NCBI RefSeq assembly: GCF_044704955.1
Contig: NC_091977.1
Coordinates: 361,584,001 to 361,648,000 of the forward strand
Reading direction: 5' to 3'
From: Pristiophorus japonicus
Lineage: Eukaryota
DNA: 64,000 bases
The position numbers and the translations under genes are program-made. Positions within the stretch are counted from its first letter, which is position 1, and each line of letters starts with the position of its first letter. The notes beneath the pieces were generated by a model. That model was not told the origin of the DNA. It saw only the letters and a list, made by a program, of their open reading frames with translations, and made no database searches. Positions 1-14,031 of this stretch are shown piece after piece.

Positions 1-1425
1 CGTCAGCCTGACAGTCAGGATATTGTCAGGGTCCATAGCCTTTGCTGTATCCAGTTCATTGAGCAGTTTCTTGATATCACGTGGACTAAATCAAATTGGC
101 TGAAGACTGGCTTCTGTAATGGTGGAGACCTCAGGAGGAGGTCGATATTGATCATCCACTCAGCACTGCTGGCTGAAGATGGTTGCAAACACTTCAGCCT
201 TGTCTTTTCCAATCACGTGTTGGGCGCCGCCATCCTTGAGGATGGGGATAATCATGGAGCCTCCTCATCCTGTTCATTGTTTAATGGTTCACCATCATTC
301 ACAACTGGATGTGGCAGGACTGTAGAGCTTTGATCTGAACCATTGATTGTCGGATCTCTTAGCCCTGTCTATAGCATGCTGCTTCCACTTTTTAGCATTT
401 TCCTGTGTTGCAGCTTCGCCAGTTTGGCACCTCATTTTCAGGTATGCTTGGTGTTGCTCCTGGCATGCTCCTCTACACTCCTCATTGAACTAGGGTTGGT
501 CCCCTGACTTGATGGTAATGGTAGAGTGAGGGATATGCTGAGCCATGAGGTTACAGATCATGGTGGAATACAATTCTGCTGCTGCTGATGGCCCACAGTG
601 CCTCATCAATGCCGAGTTTTCAGCTGTTAGATCTGTTCTGAATCTATCCCATTTAGTACGGTAGTAGTGCCACACAACACGATGGAGGGCATCCTCAGTG
701 TGAAGATGGGACTTCGTCTCCACAGTGACTGTACGTTGGTCGCTGCTACCAATGCTGTCATAGACAGATACATCTGTGACAGGTAGATTGATGAGGATGA
801 GGTCAAGTAGGTTTTTCCCGCGTGTTGGTTGTCTCACCACCTGTTGCAGTCCCAGTCTGACAGCTATCTTCTTCAGGATTTGGCCACCTTGGTCAGTAGT
901 GATGCTACCGAGCCACTCTTAGTGATGGACATTGAAGACCCCACTCAGGGTACATTCTGTGCCATTGCTACCCTCAGTGCTTCTTCCAAATGGTGTTCAC
1001 ATGCAGCAGCACTGATTCATCAGCTGAGGGAGGGTGGAATATGGTAATCAGCAGGAAGTTTCCTTGCCCGGAAGCCATGAGACTTCATGGGGTCCAGAGT
1101 CAATGTTGGTGACTCCCAGGGCCACTCCCCTCTCCAACTGTATACCATTGTGCCACCACCCCTGGTGGGTCTGTCTGCCGGTGGGACAACACATACCCAG
1201 AGATGGTGATGGAGGAGTCTCGGACATTGGCTGAAAGGTATGATTCTGTGAGTATGATTATGTCAGGCTGTTGCTTGACTAGTCTGAGGGACAGCTCTCC
1301 CAATGTTGGCACAATCCCCAAATGTTGGTGAGGAGGACTTTGCAGGGTCGACTGGGCTGGAGGTGCCATTTTTGTTTTCGAAGCTGGTGCCTAGGTCGAT
1401 GCCGGGTGGTCTGTCCAGTTTTATT
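1..1425 (-). mobile_element. Decayed non-LTR retrotransposon (APE-type LINE), endonuclease and linker region; runs off the window start
   Basis: Minus-strand peptides LVKQQPDIIILTESYL...GYVLSHRQ and PTRGKNLLDLILIN...IGSSDQRTV are AP-endonuclease motifs. Several frameshifts. Confidence 0.8.
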
Positions 1426-1454
1426 CATCTTATTGTTTCTTGTAGCAAGTTTTT

Positions 1455-1768
1455 AGTGGCTTGCCAGGCCATTTCAGCGGGCAGTTTAACATAAACCACA
1501 TTGTTACGGGTCTGGAGTCACATATAAAGTAGACTGGGTAAGGACGGCAGATTTCCTTCCCTAAAGGACATTAGTGAATCAGATGGGTTTTTACAACAAT
1601 CCGATAGTTTCATGGTCACCATTACTGATACTATTTTTTATTCCATAGTTTTATTTTAATCAACTGAATTTAAATTCCACAGCTGCCGTGGTGGGATTTG
1701 AACTTACGTCTCTGGATCATTATTCCAGGCCTCTGGATTACTAGTCCCGTAACTTAACCACTATGCTA
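1455..1768 (-). mobile_element. tRNA-derived SINE-like module with Pol III A and B boxes
   Basis: On the minus strand, A box TAGCATAGTGG (1768-1758) and B box GTTCAAATCC (1703-1694), followed by a non-tRNA core. Confidence 0.75.
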
Positions 1769-4700
1769 TGTAGTCAGTAATTAGTGCTTGTACTGATTGG
1801 TAAATTGCGCTCTTAAGTGGAAGATTATAAAACCTAAAGTCTGATTTTAACCTCCTGACAAGAACAGGATGTGAGGCACACAAAATATAGACAGTGTGAA
1901 AATTTATGGGTGTGACTTCCACATCAGCAGGGTTAATTCTGTCTTCTGGCGACCAACCGGTGGAGCATGCTGAACGGTTGCCCACAGTCAAAGTGAAGAA
2001 GCAGCCATCATGTTGAGGCCTCAGCTCCAGCCCCAAATGCTTCTTGATGCTGGTCACCATATTCAGGCCTACCACTATCGAGCCACACTGGTCGCCAGTA
2101 AGATAAGTGGAGGCAGTCACGTTCCCTTGGGAAAGCTCCTGAAGCAGCAGCAGCCAGATTATTTTTACGGGACTCAGAGGAGCAGAAGCAGGATAAAAAT
2201 TGAATTCAAACTTACCTTTGCTGGGCCTCTTCGGCTCCATCGTCCATGGAACTAATCGGAATCTACATGGCGCACACCAGTTTGAGCCTAAAATGGCAAT
2301 TGGGGTCCTTTAACATCCTAGGAGCCCAATTAACTTATTAAAATGGGCCTATTGCCTGAAACAGGCAGGCTCTTCGAATGCCTGGTGGCAGCCACTTTCA
2401 TTAGGGAGCCAGTTGCATCATTAGTGTTATGGGCCAGTAAGGCTATGGACCCAATTTTGAGGCCCTTACCACTCGATTACCAACAGGGCAATCAAGTGAA
2501 TATTGACCCTCAGCATGTCCAAACCGTACTCACAAATGGCACCATTTTAATAGGAGAGTTTGGGGCTACGTCTGTGACCCTCACCTACCTGGAATTCAAA
2601 ACTCATGCTTTGAAAAGGTAATTCAGACCCAATGACATTTTAATGTGCAGTCGCATAGGTGGCACCTTGTGCTATACTCACCAGCAGTGCCAAAGGAAGT
2701 ATTTTTTTTAAGGTTTTCTTGTGGGCATTGAGGAGCAGGGCCTCTCCTACCTGCAGACTTGCCCCCTTCCTGACCACAATTGTCGCATCCCCTGATGCAC
2801 TTACCTAGCTTTTGGGGACCATTCCCTCCTGCCGCTGCCTTGCTCTGCTCCTATCTGCTGGTTGCTACATCACTCCCACTGGATTCAGGCAGGAGTAGCT
2901 TTCTCAGAAAGGCGATGAGGCCTGGTCTCACACTGGTGAGTTGGGGCTCGCCTGCCCCTTGCCCCGCCGGTCTCGCTTGCCGGCCCTACACTCACCTCTT
3001 GCCGCAAGGTTAGAATCAAACTTTTGTGTTGCGCTGTGGCTTGTTTTAAGGATATTATTTTAGGTTGAACAAGTGGGAAATATTCCACCAAATCTGCAAG
3101 TGAACAAAGTCTTGGACAGATCAGTTGTTTTCTTGTGGTTATGCGAAATGCACCAGTGATTTTGATATCGGGACCAGTAGTTTCTGTGCAGTAACCCAGA
3201 AAAAATAATTAGAAAATGCACTTGATTTTATTAAATTAACATGAGCCAATGCATTCGGAATTTTAAAAACAAAGGTGCTTGTTTAGTGTTCATTTCATAC
3301 TGAACTTTTTCAGTATTGTATTTCTTTTAGTTTGTATGAAATGGAACATAAATAATGATAGAATGGTACCCTGTCCTGCTAGACAAACCAGGCAGTCTTA
3401 AAGTTATCCAACTGATTTAGTCAGATAGCACACTGTTGCTCAGTCAAGGCCACAGAAGGGTGAGATTTGTGGTACCCTGTAATGGGTTTGTTAAATGATG
3501 GCATCTCCATAGCAGCGAGCTGTTCCTTTGAGTGGAAGTGAATGACACAATTAAATACTATTGAAGCAGCAAACCATTTTGCAACCTTGTGCAACATTTG
3601 TTGAAAATCCAGGATTACACAGTCGAATGTGATGTAGGGGCTAATAAAATTCCTTGTATGGTTTAATGTACACTGATCCATCAACAATGGAGATCCAACA
3701 TGGTCTAAGCTTCCCGCCTCCTCCCCGATGTTTTTCTGATGATCTAAGGTAAACAGAATTGGAAAATAGTCCCTGCATCTCAGCCATTTTCTGTGGACTG
3801 GTTCCATGAGGGAGCACTATGGTTGCGTCACAAGGTGCCACTATGTAAAGTCCAAGTAATTGAGGGAAACAATCTTCTAAGCCCTGGCATCCAGTTTTCA
3901 GATATCAATGGAGGGGGCCTTGCACCAAAAATAGAAGAGAGGCCTGTACAACAGTCATCAGAGCTCAGCTGAGTATGGGCACCATTGGTTCAAAGCAAGA
4001 TTTTCAAACTTGTCACAACCAGACAGCTCACTGGCCATCTCTTTCTCTTACTGCAGCATGCCCTTAGGCCTGCCACAGCAACTCTCTGCTCCCATATGAG
4101 TATGACACCACCAATGAAACCCAGGGAGGCCCCTGCCATACGTACATGACTCGGGGTATAAAAATATGATCAGGATAAGTGAGCATCTCTGGGGCAGGGG
4201 CAAATCCTGCAATGCTGGAGATAAGAGTCAGTCTGATAGCCTGGGCCCTGATGTAGCCTTTCAATTGATAAGATATAGAAATAATATTATCCAACCAGAT
4301 AAAGAGAATAGAATAGATTTGACAGGTGTCAGTAATAAAGCTAGTTTGCCCCATTTTTAACTTCAACTTTGATGCAGACCTAATGGCCCTAGTTGCTGCT
4401 TCCTGTGCTGTAGCATTCTATTATGTTAATTTATTGTGCAATGTAAAAAGGTTGCAATGGAAATGAGTAAAACAGAGAGAGTTAGGGTGACTATTTACTT
4501 ACCGGTTAAAAAAAATGATTTGCAAAATGTATTAGTGCACTGGCCTTAATGGTAACATTTAGTGTGTCTTTTCAACAATCAGTTTCGGTACAGCTTCCTG
4601 AGTAATTTTACTCTCCTAATTTAAGACCACAAGTAGTGTTGTTTGATACTGTTATTTAATTCAACAATATGCATGCATTCAAAAAATATACTTGGACAAC

Positions 4701-4921
4701 AGTAAGCTGTCAAAAAATGCAGAAAACTTGTTATGTTGATCGCAAAAGCTGGTGAGAGCCATAAGTCACTCGTCTTTGTCTACTTAAAGTAATTTATTTT
4801 GAGCAGCTTACCTTGTGCAAAGATTGATATCCTTACAGCTGTCTTTAAATTTGACCGGACTGACATTGGTCCATTTAGATGATAACTATTAAAGGAGGAA
4901 AATGAACTGGGATAATAATAA

Positions 4922-5158
<237 letters not shown>

Positions 5159-5717
5159 TAGACGTCTCTGGGAAATGTCTAATCAATAATGTTTGAAGTA
5201 AAAATTAATAACAATGTCTGAAAATGGGATTCATCTGTATCCAAAGTTTCTTGAAATATTAATTACAATTTGAAAGCCTTCAAAGTGCATGTCATCAAAG
5301 TTTGCAGTAAAGGTCATTGTCCATTGTCCATACAGAGCTGTGTTTTCATGAGCTCTGTCTCTCTTGTTACTCAAAGATAAATCTTTCATATTTATGCTTT
5401 CTCTGGTGAACCTATAAGCAATGCAGCAATAGCAGGAATTATCTAACTCCTGCTGAAACCAGTTAATGCATTGTTGGTTTCCTGTGAGCTCCTGTACGTT
5501 CCTTGCAAACTATAAAGGAGAGGAAAATATTCTATTGCCAGTCCCCAGCGATTCCCATTCAAAATAAATCATTTAGATCCCTTAATTTATAAATTACGAC
5601 AGAAAATTGCTGATGGGCAGTTTGTCAAATGAGATACATAGGTGCAGCTGAGAAATGACTAATCATAACAACAGCAAAGAAATTGCAACCAAAATATAAC
5701 CCTCAGTAGGGTATTTT

Positions 5718-6424
5718 GAACATAAGAACATAAGAACACAAGAAGTAGGAGCAGGAGTAGGCCATACGGCCCCTCGAGCCTGCTCCGCCATTTAATATGA
5801 TCTTGGCTGATCCGATCATGGACTAAGGTCCATTTCCCCGCCCGCTCCCTGTAACCCCTTATTCCCTTATCGGTTAAGAAACTGTCTATCTCTGTCTTAA
5901 ATTTATTCAACGTACCAGCTTCCACAGCTCTCTGAGGCAACGAATTCCACAGATCCACAACCCTCTGAGAAAATACATTTCTCCTCATCTCAGTTTTAAA
6001 TGGGGGGCCCCTTATTCTAAGATCATGCCCTCTAGTTCTAGTCTTCCCCATCAGTGGAAACATTCTCTCTGCATCCACCTTGTCAAGCCCCCTCATAATC
6101 TTACATGTTTCAATAAGATCATCTTTCAATCTTCTGAATTCAAATGAGTAGAGGCCCACCTACTCAACTTTTCCTCATAAGTCCATCCCCTCATCTCCAG
6201 AATCAATCTAGTGAACCTTCTCTGAACTGCCTCCAAAGCAAGTATATCCTTTCGTAAATACGGAAACCAAAACGGCAAGCAGTATTCCAGGTGTGACCTC
6301 ACCAATACCCGGTATAACTGTAGCAAGACTTCCCTGCTTTTATACTCCATCCCCTTTGCAATAAAGGCCTAGATTCCATTGGCCTTGCTGATCACTTGCT
6401 GTACCTGCATATTTACCTTTTGTG
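5718..6424 (-). mobile_element. CR1 LINE, 5'-truncated 3' fragment with (TTCTTATG)n tail
   Basis: ORF2 C-terminal peptides (LVRSHLEYC...QRRFTRLI; FSQRVVDLWNSLPQ), a CR1 3' hairpin, and an 8-bp tail repeat read as aacataag on +. Confidence 0.92.
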
Positions 6425-6756
6425 AACATTATCACAGAAATTGTTCTTGATTTATATCAGATTGAATCGTCAGGAGGGGACCAATTTCAATCCTTTGGTC
6501 CGTTCATCATTACATTTCTTTGCTGCTCTGAAGTACATTGTTGTTTTTTGATGTTTTTTAATTTTCTTCCAAGAATGTCAAGCTGTTTAAACAAAAGACA
6601 CTCTTTAGTGATAAATGTTCAGGAAGATAATTATTGAAACATTACAATGAGAAATCAGAAAGGAAATCTACACCAGTAGACAAGTGTTAGATTAAAGGAG
6701 CAAGCACTGCAGATTATCTTGGTAGTGCTTTTTTATTACCCCAGACAAGAAATGCT

Positions 6757-7522
6757 GGGGTAGAAACTCCCTCTGCCAGAAACAGGGCGCACCTAGCCTT
6801 TTTGAAGCGGATGCAGCAATGGATGCGGCAGCCTATCTGGCAAAATTCAGCTCCTTGGGTTTTTTTTTTCCAGTGGGGCAGAAGTGGATCATCATGGGGG
6901 CGGAAGTGGGAGTGGCTGTCACTAGCAGGGTGGAAGTGGGGGCAGGACGGAGTGTCTACAGCTGTCAGTCATCAGCGCTGTGCTGATGATGTCATTGCGT
7001 TGGCGCGTCACAATGTCTTTCCCTTTCATTTAAAGAGGAGAGCCACTGCCAACTCTGCAGATATTTTAGTTAGGTCCATTCAGTCACCAGGGAGAGTTTC
7101 GGCTGGGCCAGTGGCCTGGCATCCAAGAGTGGGTACCAGGCTGCCTGTTGGTGACCGGCTGAACCCAGGGGCATAATTGTCGGGCCAACCTGCCAAACTA
7201 ACATGGCGGCCGCAGCAGTGCGCCCTCCCCTTTAAGGGCGGCTGTGCCGCCATTTCACACAGAGTGCACTGACAACAAAAGCTATCGGGGGCACCGACCA
7301 GTGGCGGGGCCTCTCCCGCGGGGAAATTTTGGGTAAGGGGCAATTTCGTGAGGGGCTCCCCGCCAGACGGTATGGTGTCGGCATGTGCAAGCCGCGGTGG
7401 GAAAATGGACAGAGCCATCCCTGAGGAAGGGCAATTTCTAAAATGGCGGCCCCTCCACGGAGAGCCAGCGGCCATTCCATGCTGCCCCCAGAGGCCTTAT
7501 CGGGTGGGGTAATTTCGACCTC
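6757..7522. mobile_element. Non-autonomous PIF/Harbinger-like TIR element (MITE), 766 bp, TSD GCT
   Basis: Left end GGGGTAGAAACTCCC; reverse complement of the right end GAGGTCGAAATTACCC. GCT on both sides (6754-6756, 7523-7525). GC/CpG-rich interior with no transposase. Confidence 0.75.
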
Positions 7523-7927
7523 GCTGTCTTCAAAAGGTTGTTTTTTTCCTGAGTGTTCGAGGTTAGTGTCAGGGAACATAAAGTCAGCATCCTACTGCTA
7601 ACTGAAACCAGTATCCTGTAGACTGTACCATTAGAATGCAAATAAACAGTCATGATTATCTTGTCAATATACATAATGGTGTCCCTGCATGTGGTGCACT
7701 CCAGAAATCCTCATTGGATATCTCACCAATGCTTAATGTAGTATACCATGGTCAGCTACTGATAGGATAGCGTAATCTGATTGGGGTTTGAATGTCTATC
7801 TTGTCTCAATTATGTCAGAAGTAAACAACTATCCAAACGAGATGTAAAATTGTTATTACGGAATGTTTAATCATTTAAAAAAGAAAATGGTAAAATTCTA
7901 CATGATGTTACTGAAAGAAGAATATCC

Positions 7928-8547
7928 TGTAGGGTGTGTTACAATAACATACTGTAGGGTGTGCTACAATAACATACTGTAGGGTGTGTTACAATAACAT
8001 ACATACTGTAGGGTGTGCTACAATAACATATTGTCGGGTGTTTTACAATAACATACATACTGTAGGGTATGCTACAATAACATACTGTAGGGTGTGCTAC
8101 AATAACATATTGTAGGGTGTGTTACAATAACATAATGTAGGGTGTGCTACAATAACATACTGTAGGGTGTGTTACAATAACATACATACTGTAGGGTGTG
8201 CTACAATAATATATTGTAGGGTGTGTTACAATAACATACTGTAGGGTGTGCTACAATAACATACTGTAGGGTGTGTTACAATAACATACATACTGTAGGG
8301 TGTGCTACAATAACATATTGTCGGGTGTTTTACAATAACATACATACTGTAGGGTATGCTACAATAACATACTGTAGGGTGTGCTACAATAACATATTGT
8401 AGGGTGTGTTACAATAACATAATGTAGGGTGTGCTGCAATAACATATTGTAGGGTGTGTTACAATAACATACTGTAGGGTGTGTTACAATAACATACTAT
8501 AGGGTGTGCTACAATAACATACTGTAAGGTGTGTTACAATAACATAC
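7928..8547. repeat. Minisatellite, 24 units of TGTAGGGTGTGYTACAATAACATAY (25 bp; five units 29 bp)
   Basis: Units counted directly. Five units carry an extra ATAC. Confidence 0.97.
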
Positions 8548-10424
8548 TGAGGAGGCAGAACCAAAGGTTTGAGAAGGTTTCAGTTTTGCCATGATCTGAT
8601 CAAGCCAGTAGAAACTCCAGTATAAACAATTTTGCAAATGTTACTTTTCTCTAATTTATGAACAGCTTTTTAAATTGTTTTATTGTTGTGCCTCGTGTAA
8701 TAGAATGACTCAGTGCACAACTTGCTGGGTAACTATACAATCCATTTGTACCATTTATTTGTGACATATATTGTAAAGAATAATTTTGAATCTGCATTCC
8801 AAATTTTCAGTGCTTGCCAACATTAGTTAAGATATAAAGGGCAAGTATCCCTAAAGATGGTGATATTCCACAGGTGGTAGGACATTGGTTTGTGCCTGTA
8901 ATTCTTCCGATAGGGAGCTCCTTCTTCCCAAGAGTATGCTGCAGACACTCTGCCCATTGTCTTGGTATTCTCATCCATTTGAACTCAGCTCGGATCATTA
9001 ACTAAAGAAGATAGTTGCAAAAGCCATGAGGAGTGGAAATCTTCATGACACCTTGACCCTGCTTGTTACCATCAACAACGTTAATATTCTACAAAGCGTA
9101 TACCTGCTCAGTTAAAAAATATTGGAGGCTTCATTTGGAAAAGTACAGAGAAACTCATCTTTTGATCCTGATCCTGTAACATCCAAATATTGCAGCTGAT
9201 AAGAAGAATACAAGTCTTAGGGACACTTCCATAAACTTTCTCAAGTAAATCCCTGGTCATCATCCTCTTCATCCGTCACACTGAAATGACTCTTTTTGTG
9301 GTAGAAGAAAATTGAGCAGCTGAAAATGTCTTGGTATAAACATCTGAACTGCGAGGCGTGCCCATAGGTGCCTGGCATCCAGTATAGCTTGAGGCATGAG
9401 GGGGAGGCGAGTGGAATTTATACATTTCAAGACCAGATTCTTGAATGTGATCAATTATCAATTACATTACCTAAATTGGCAGACAAAGGTATTTTGTTTA
9501 ATTTCTCCGATGCCCCACCAAAGTCCTGTGGGACCACTGGCACTGGACCAAGGTACCGCAACAACATTATTTCTTCCCATATGTGTTAGAATCAATGTAA
9601 AAAGTAGCCTGGCCCTGAGATTTCTGACCGGGTCAGGGACACTGGCAGTGGACTAGTGGCAGTGCCATTGCATGCCAGATTTGCCTTCCCAAGATCTATC
9701 CAGGAATTTGTGGACTATAGTCGAACCCTTAAACCTACCCTGCAATAGACAGGTAAGCAAATCTAGTAATGCACAACCATTCAATTGTTCAGATTTGGTC
9801 GACACAGTCTGCTTTTAAATACTTTGGTTCAGATAATAAGAATGTAGGTCAATCTTTTTTTGTTTATTGATTGCATTTTTTGGAAGGATGAGTTAAAAGA
9901 TATTCAGAAATTGCCATAGCCCACTGAATCATGCAGAAGCTGAATATACAATGGCTACTCAATAACATTTTGTTTCTCCTAGCCTCCTGTTATGTTGAGG
10001 GACTGCTGTATTAGGGAAACATGAGCTGCTGCAATCGCACCTCAAAATTCTTTATAAATCCAAAATAATTGCACTGAACACCAGCAACGAAGCACTTCTC
10101 CTGCCTATGGGGCTCTCTCCTGGACAGTGTCTTCACCTGGACCTCTATTCTTTGTATGCAGAAATTTGAAAGCAGAATTAACCATCAATTGGTGAACCAG
10201 AATTGATGGAACATGTATTAGATCACAAGATAACTGTGACCTGCTCCTTAGTACCTTAGTAAAATTACTCTCATCCTTCTATGCACGTGGCAACTAGTAT
10301 TAGGATCAAATTAATGTGACACTTGCCATCATTACATTTTCCTCCAGCTGATCTCTGTTATGTCATTTAAAAAAATAAGACATCTTGTAGATGGGTACAG
10401 AGTAACATTCAGCAGTACCATTTT

Positions 10425-10672
10425 ACATACATAAGATATACGGTGCAGAATCAGGTCATTCAGCCCAACCAGTGCATGCCAGCATTTATATTCCACTCAA
10501 GCCGCCTCCCATCTTTCCTCATCTAAATCTATCAGTGTAATCCTCTATTCCCTTGTCCCTCATATGCTTATCTAGCCTCCCCTTACATGCATCTATTCTA
10601 TTCGCTTCAACCACTCCTTGTGGTAGCCACTTTCTGGGTAAAGAATTTCCTTCTGAATTCCCTATTGGATTT
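10425..10672 (-). mobile_element. Old CR1 3' end fragment
   Basis: CR1-type 3' UTR and terminal ORF2 sequence, similar to 24614-25118. Confidence 0.65.
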
Positions 10673-12569
10673 TATTTAAACTATAACCTACTTCTTAAAT
10701 GAAGTGTATTTTTGATGGAAAGTGAGGGCACAATTTTTGCTATCACTGGTAGCCAGGAATTAAAGCAAATGCTTACAATATTCATGCTTAGCTGGTACCT
10801 GACAATCTGTCGTACCGCCAAGCATTTTATGTTCTCTTGTTCATGGTCTATAGTTTTAGGATTTTCCATTATTTCTAGTCTTTGTGCTTTTATTAAATGT
10901 TAATTATGGAGAGGTTATATAGATATTTTACTGCATGCAGCGTTATAGTACATAATCTGAATTGTATTAAACTTCATATGAAATTAAACATGAATACTAT
11001 TAGCCTGATATTACTATGGAATTTTTTTAACTGCATCCCTGTTCTGAGTATACTCATTATTGAGCCCCCTGCTTGGCAAATAAAGTATTTTTTTTAGAAT
11101 TGTTCCTATTAAACAAACACTATTAAAGTATGTACAGTAATGCTTACCAATGGTGATATGTCCCAAAAAAAGAAACAAACTAAACTTATCACTCTCTCAC
11201 AGATGGTTTCCCAAATATGGTAAATGGTGTTAAACAGCCCAAAATATGTCTATTAGACTACATCTATTAGCAAGGGATTGTATAAAATGTTCTCAATCCT
11301 TTAGGTCACAAATATCTCAATTAGGATTACTTATTCACTGTACCTTTAACAAGATAATATTCTGATATTGTTTTTGTTTAAAATGTTTTCTCTGCCAGTT
11401 CAGCACTGGTGCTGGCTCATAATCAATTCTATAATGAGGCAACCCCATTCTGAACCATTCTCATAATTCCTAAGTTTATTTTTCCAGTACAACATATATG
11501 ATAATTAAATCTGCTCGTAGCCAAATTGTCTGGAACTTCCCTTAAAGAAATTCACTTGCCTGTAAATTATTTTATATGTCAATTAATGTTGTTTAAGAGT
11601 TGAATTCCAAGATCACATTAAATTGGATAATAAATGACACTGGACAGACAGATACCACCAAAAATAATGCCACACAGATGCTTCCAATATTAATTGGTGC
11701 ATAAAACAATACTTGCAGTATGTGTGCTAATTTGCTAAATTACTTTCATACCTTAGCACAAAATATACCATCAGCTGTGATCTACAAACTGTAGGAAGTG
11801 GGTAATACTTACTCTTTGAGTGTTGAATATTTGAGGCATAGAAGCGAGGAACACATTACATCATTGATTATATTCTCTGGATAAACCATATCCCAAAAAT
11901 AGTACCTTAAACATCGAAGTGTTAAGAAGTAACTCCCTGTCATTATATCGTTATCCTGTGTTGATAAATATTTGCCTTAGTCTGCATAATAACTTCATAA
12001 TTCATAATCTAATGATTATACTACTCAGCAGGAAATTAAATTTGATGTATTTTGCTGCTGTCACTGTATCAACACCATTGTGCCAAAACTGCATCAGGTG
12101 GAAGGGTTCATGCTTCATAGTTTAGTGAAAACTAATTATTATGGCCTAGAAATTCCCCATTGAACTGCCGGTCTTTAATGCCGGTTTTGTTGAAAGAATG
12201 GCAGCCGCCTTGCTTCAGGCGTGTGACATGGCAGTCGCCAATTTGGTGAGGGCCATAGCGCTACCGTTGCCAGTGCAGGCCTCTCATTCAAATTCGTGTA
12301 ACACCTGATTTGATGCCATGATTGCTATTTTGGATGTCGCCACATGTCACAACACCCTCTCCCAACTATGTATGCAAGAAAGTGCATGTAGCACCCCTGC
12401 AGAGATGCTGTCAGTGCTTCTTAAAGGAACACCCACATCTTTCAGGTAAGTTTGGATTTCAACTTTTGGATATTTTTCAACAATTTATTGAAGTATTGGC
12501 TTGGTGCGATAGATTTTAAAAGTTGTTAAAGTGTGCATGGAGTACTGCTGGACGTTTGCAAGGCTTCTG

Positions 12570-12732
12570 AGAATACAGAAAATGTTGGAAATACTCAACA
12601 GGTCATGCAGTATCTGTGGAGAGAGAAACAGAGTTCATGTTTCAGGTTGAGATGCTGCCTGACCTGCTGAATATTTCCACCATTTTCTGCTTTCAGTTCA
12701 GTTTTCCAACATCCATAGTATTTTGCCTCTGA
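12570..12732. repeat. Palindromic chondrichthyan repeat resembling Penelope-like element termini
   Basis: cagaaaatgttggaaatactcaacaggtcatgcagtatct pairs with agatgctgcctgacctgctgaatatttccaccattttctg. Related half-copies at about 19460-19505 (continuing at 21121-21175) and 26255-26370. Confidence 0.6.
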
Positions 12733-13228
12733 GAAGAACACTTGCTTACAGTCTGGGGTACACATGGAGATGAAGCAGAGGTAGCAAAGGGGACAGGCTT
12801 CTCACAGAAAGTAGGGATCACAGCAGAAGAGGAAGGCGCAGAAGAGGAGAAAGCAGAAGGAAGGATGCAACCCAAACAGCCCCTTTCTGGCCAGGCTATC
12901 TGGGATAGATCATCCGCCTTGCAGTACCAGTGACCACAACCCCAATTCCCGTTTCAACATTTGTCCCACACCTTACCGTCCCTCTGTTACTCTGGGTGCC
13001 CTTTCCCTGGTCTGTTAAGCCATTTGTGTTCGTGCTGAAGCATTTTGACTATTTTGTTAGGTGCAGAATGCAGTTTAGCTTTAAGAGGTGAAGATTGCCA
13101 TTTTGGAATTATTTTTTATGTTTTTTTCAGAAGGCAGTTGAGCTCTAAGGGCTAAAGACTGTCTATTTTTAATTGATTTTTTTAAATTTTAGGATGAATT
13201 TCCCCTTTAAGGGCTCGAGACTGCTTTC

Positions 13229-14031
13229 TTATCCACTTTGGGGGCAAAAACATAAAGGCAGAATATTATCTGAATGGCGGCAGATTAGGAAAGGGGGAGG
13301 TGCAATGAGACCTGGCTGTCATGGTTCCTCAGTCATTGAAAGTTGGCATGCAGGTACAGCAGGCGGTGAAGAAGGCAAATGGAATGTTGGCCTTCATAGC
13401 TAGGCGATTTGAGTATCGGAGCAGGTAGGTCTTACTGCAGTTGTACAGGGCCTTGGTGAGGCCTCACCTGGAATATTGTGTTCAGTTTTGGTCTCCTAAT
13501 CTGAGGAAGGATATTCTTGCTATTGAGGGAGTGCAGCGAAGGTTCACCAGACTGATTCCCAGGATGGCGGGACTGACATATGAGGAGAGACTAGATCAAA
13601 TGGGCCTTTATACACTGGAGTTTAGAAGGATGAGAGGGGATCTCAAAGAATCTTATAAGATTCTTACGGAACTGGACAGGTTAGATGCGGGAAGAATGTT
13701 CCCGAGGATGGGGAAGTCCAGAACCAGGGGACATAGTCTAAGGATAAGGGATAGGCCATTTAGGACTGAGATGAGGAGAAACTTCTTCACTCAGAGAGTT
13801 GTTAACCCGTGGAATTCCCTACTGCAGAGAGTTGTTGTTGCCAGTTCATTAGATATATTCAAGAGAGAGTTAGATATGGCCCTTATGGCTGAAGGGATCA
13901 AGGGGTATGGAGAGAAAGCAGGAAAGGGGTACTGAGGGAATGATCAGCCATGATCTTATTGAATGGTGGTGCAGGCTTGAAGGGCCGAATGGCCTACTCC
14001 TGCACCTATTTTCTATGTTTCTATGTTTCTA
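13229..14031 (+). mobile_element. CR1 LINE, 5'-truncated, (TTTCTATG)n tail
   Basis: ORF 13441-13935 is the CR1 ORF2 C-terminus (LVRPHLEYCVQFWSP...WNSL), followed by the 3' hairpin and tttctatg repeats. Confidence 0.93.

Noticed and set aside
1690-1768. Functional tRNA gene
   Set aside because: A and B boxes are present, but there is no proper cloverleaf and it continues into a repeat body. It is a SINE-type head.
7928-8547. CRISPR-like array of palindromic 25-bp repeats
   Set aside because: The units are head to tail with no unique spacers, there are no cas genes, and the context is a vertebrate intron. It is a minisatellite.
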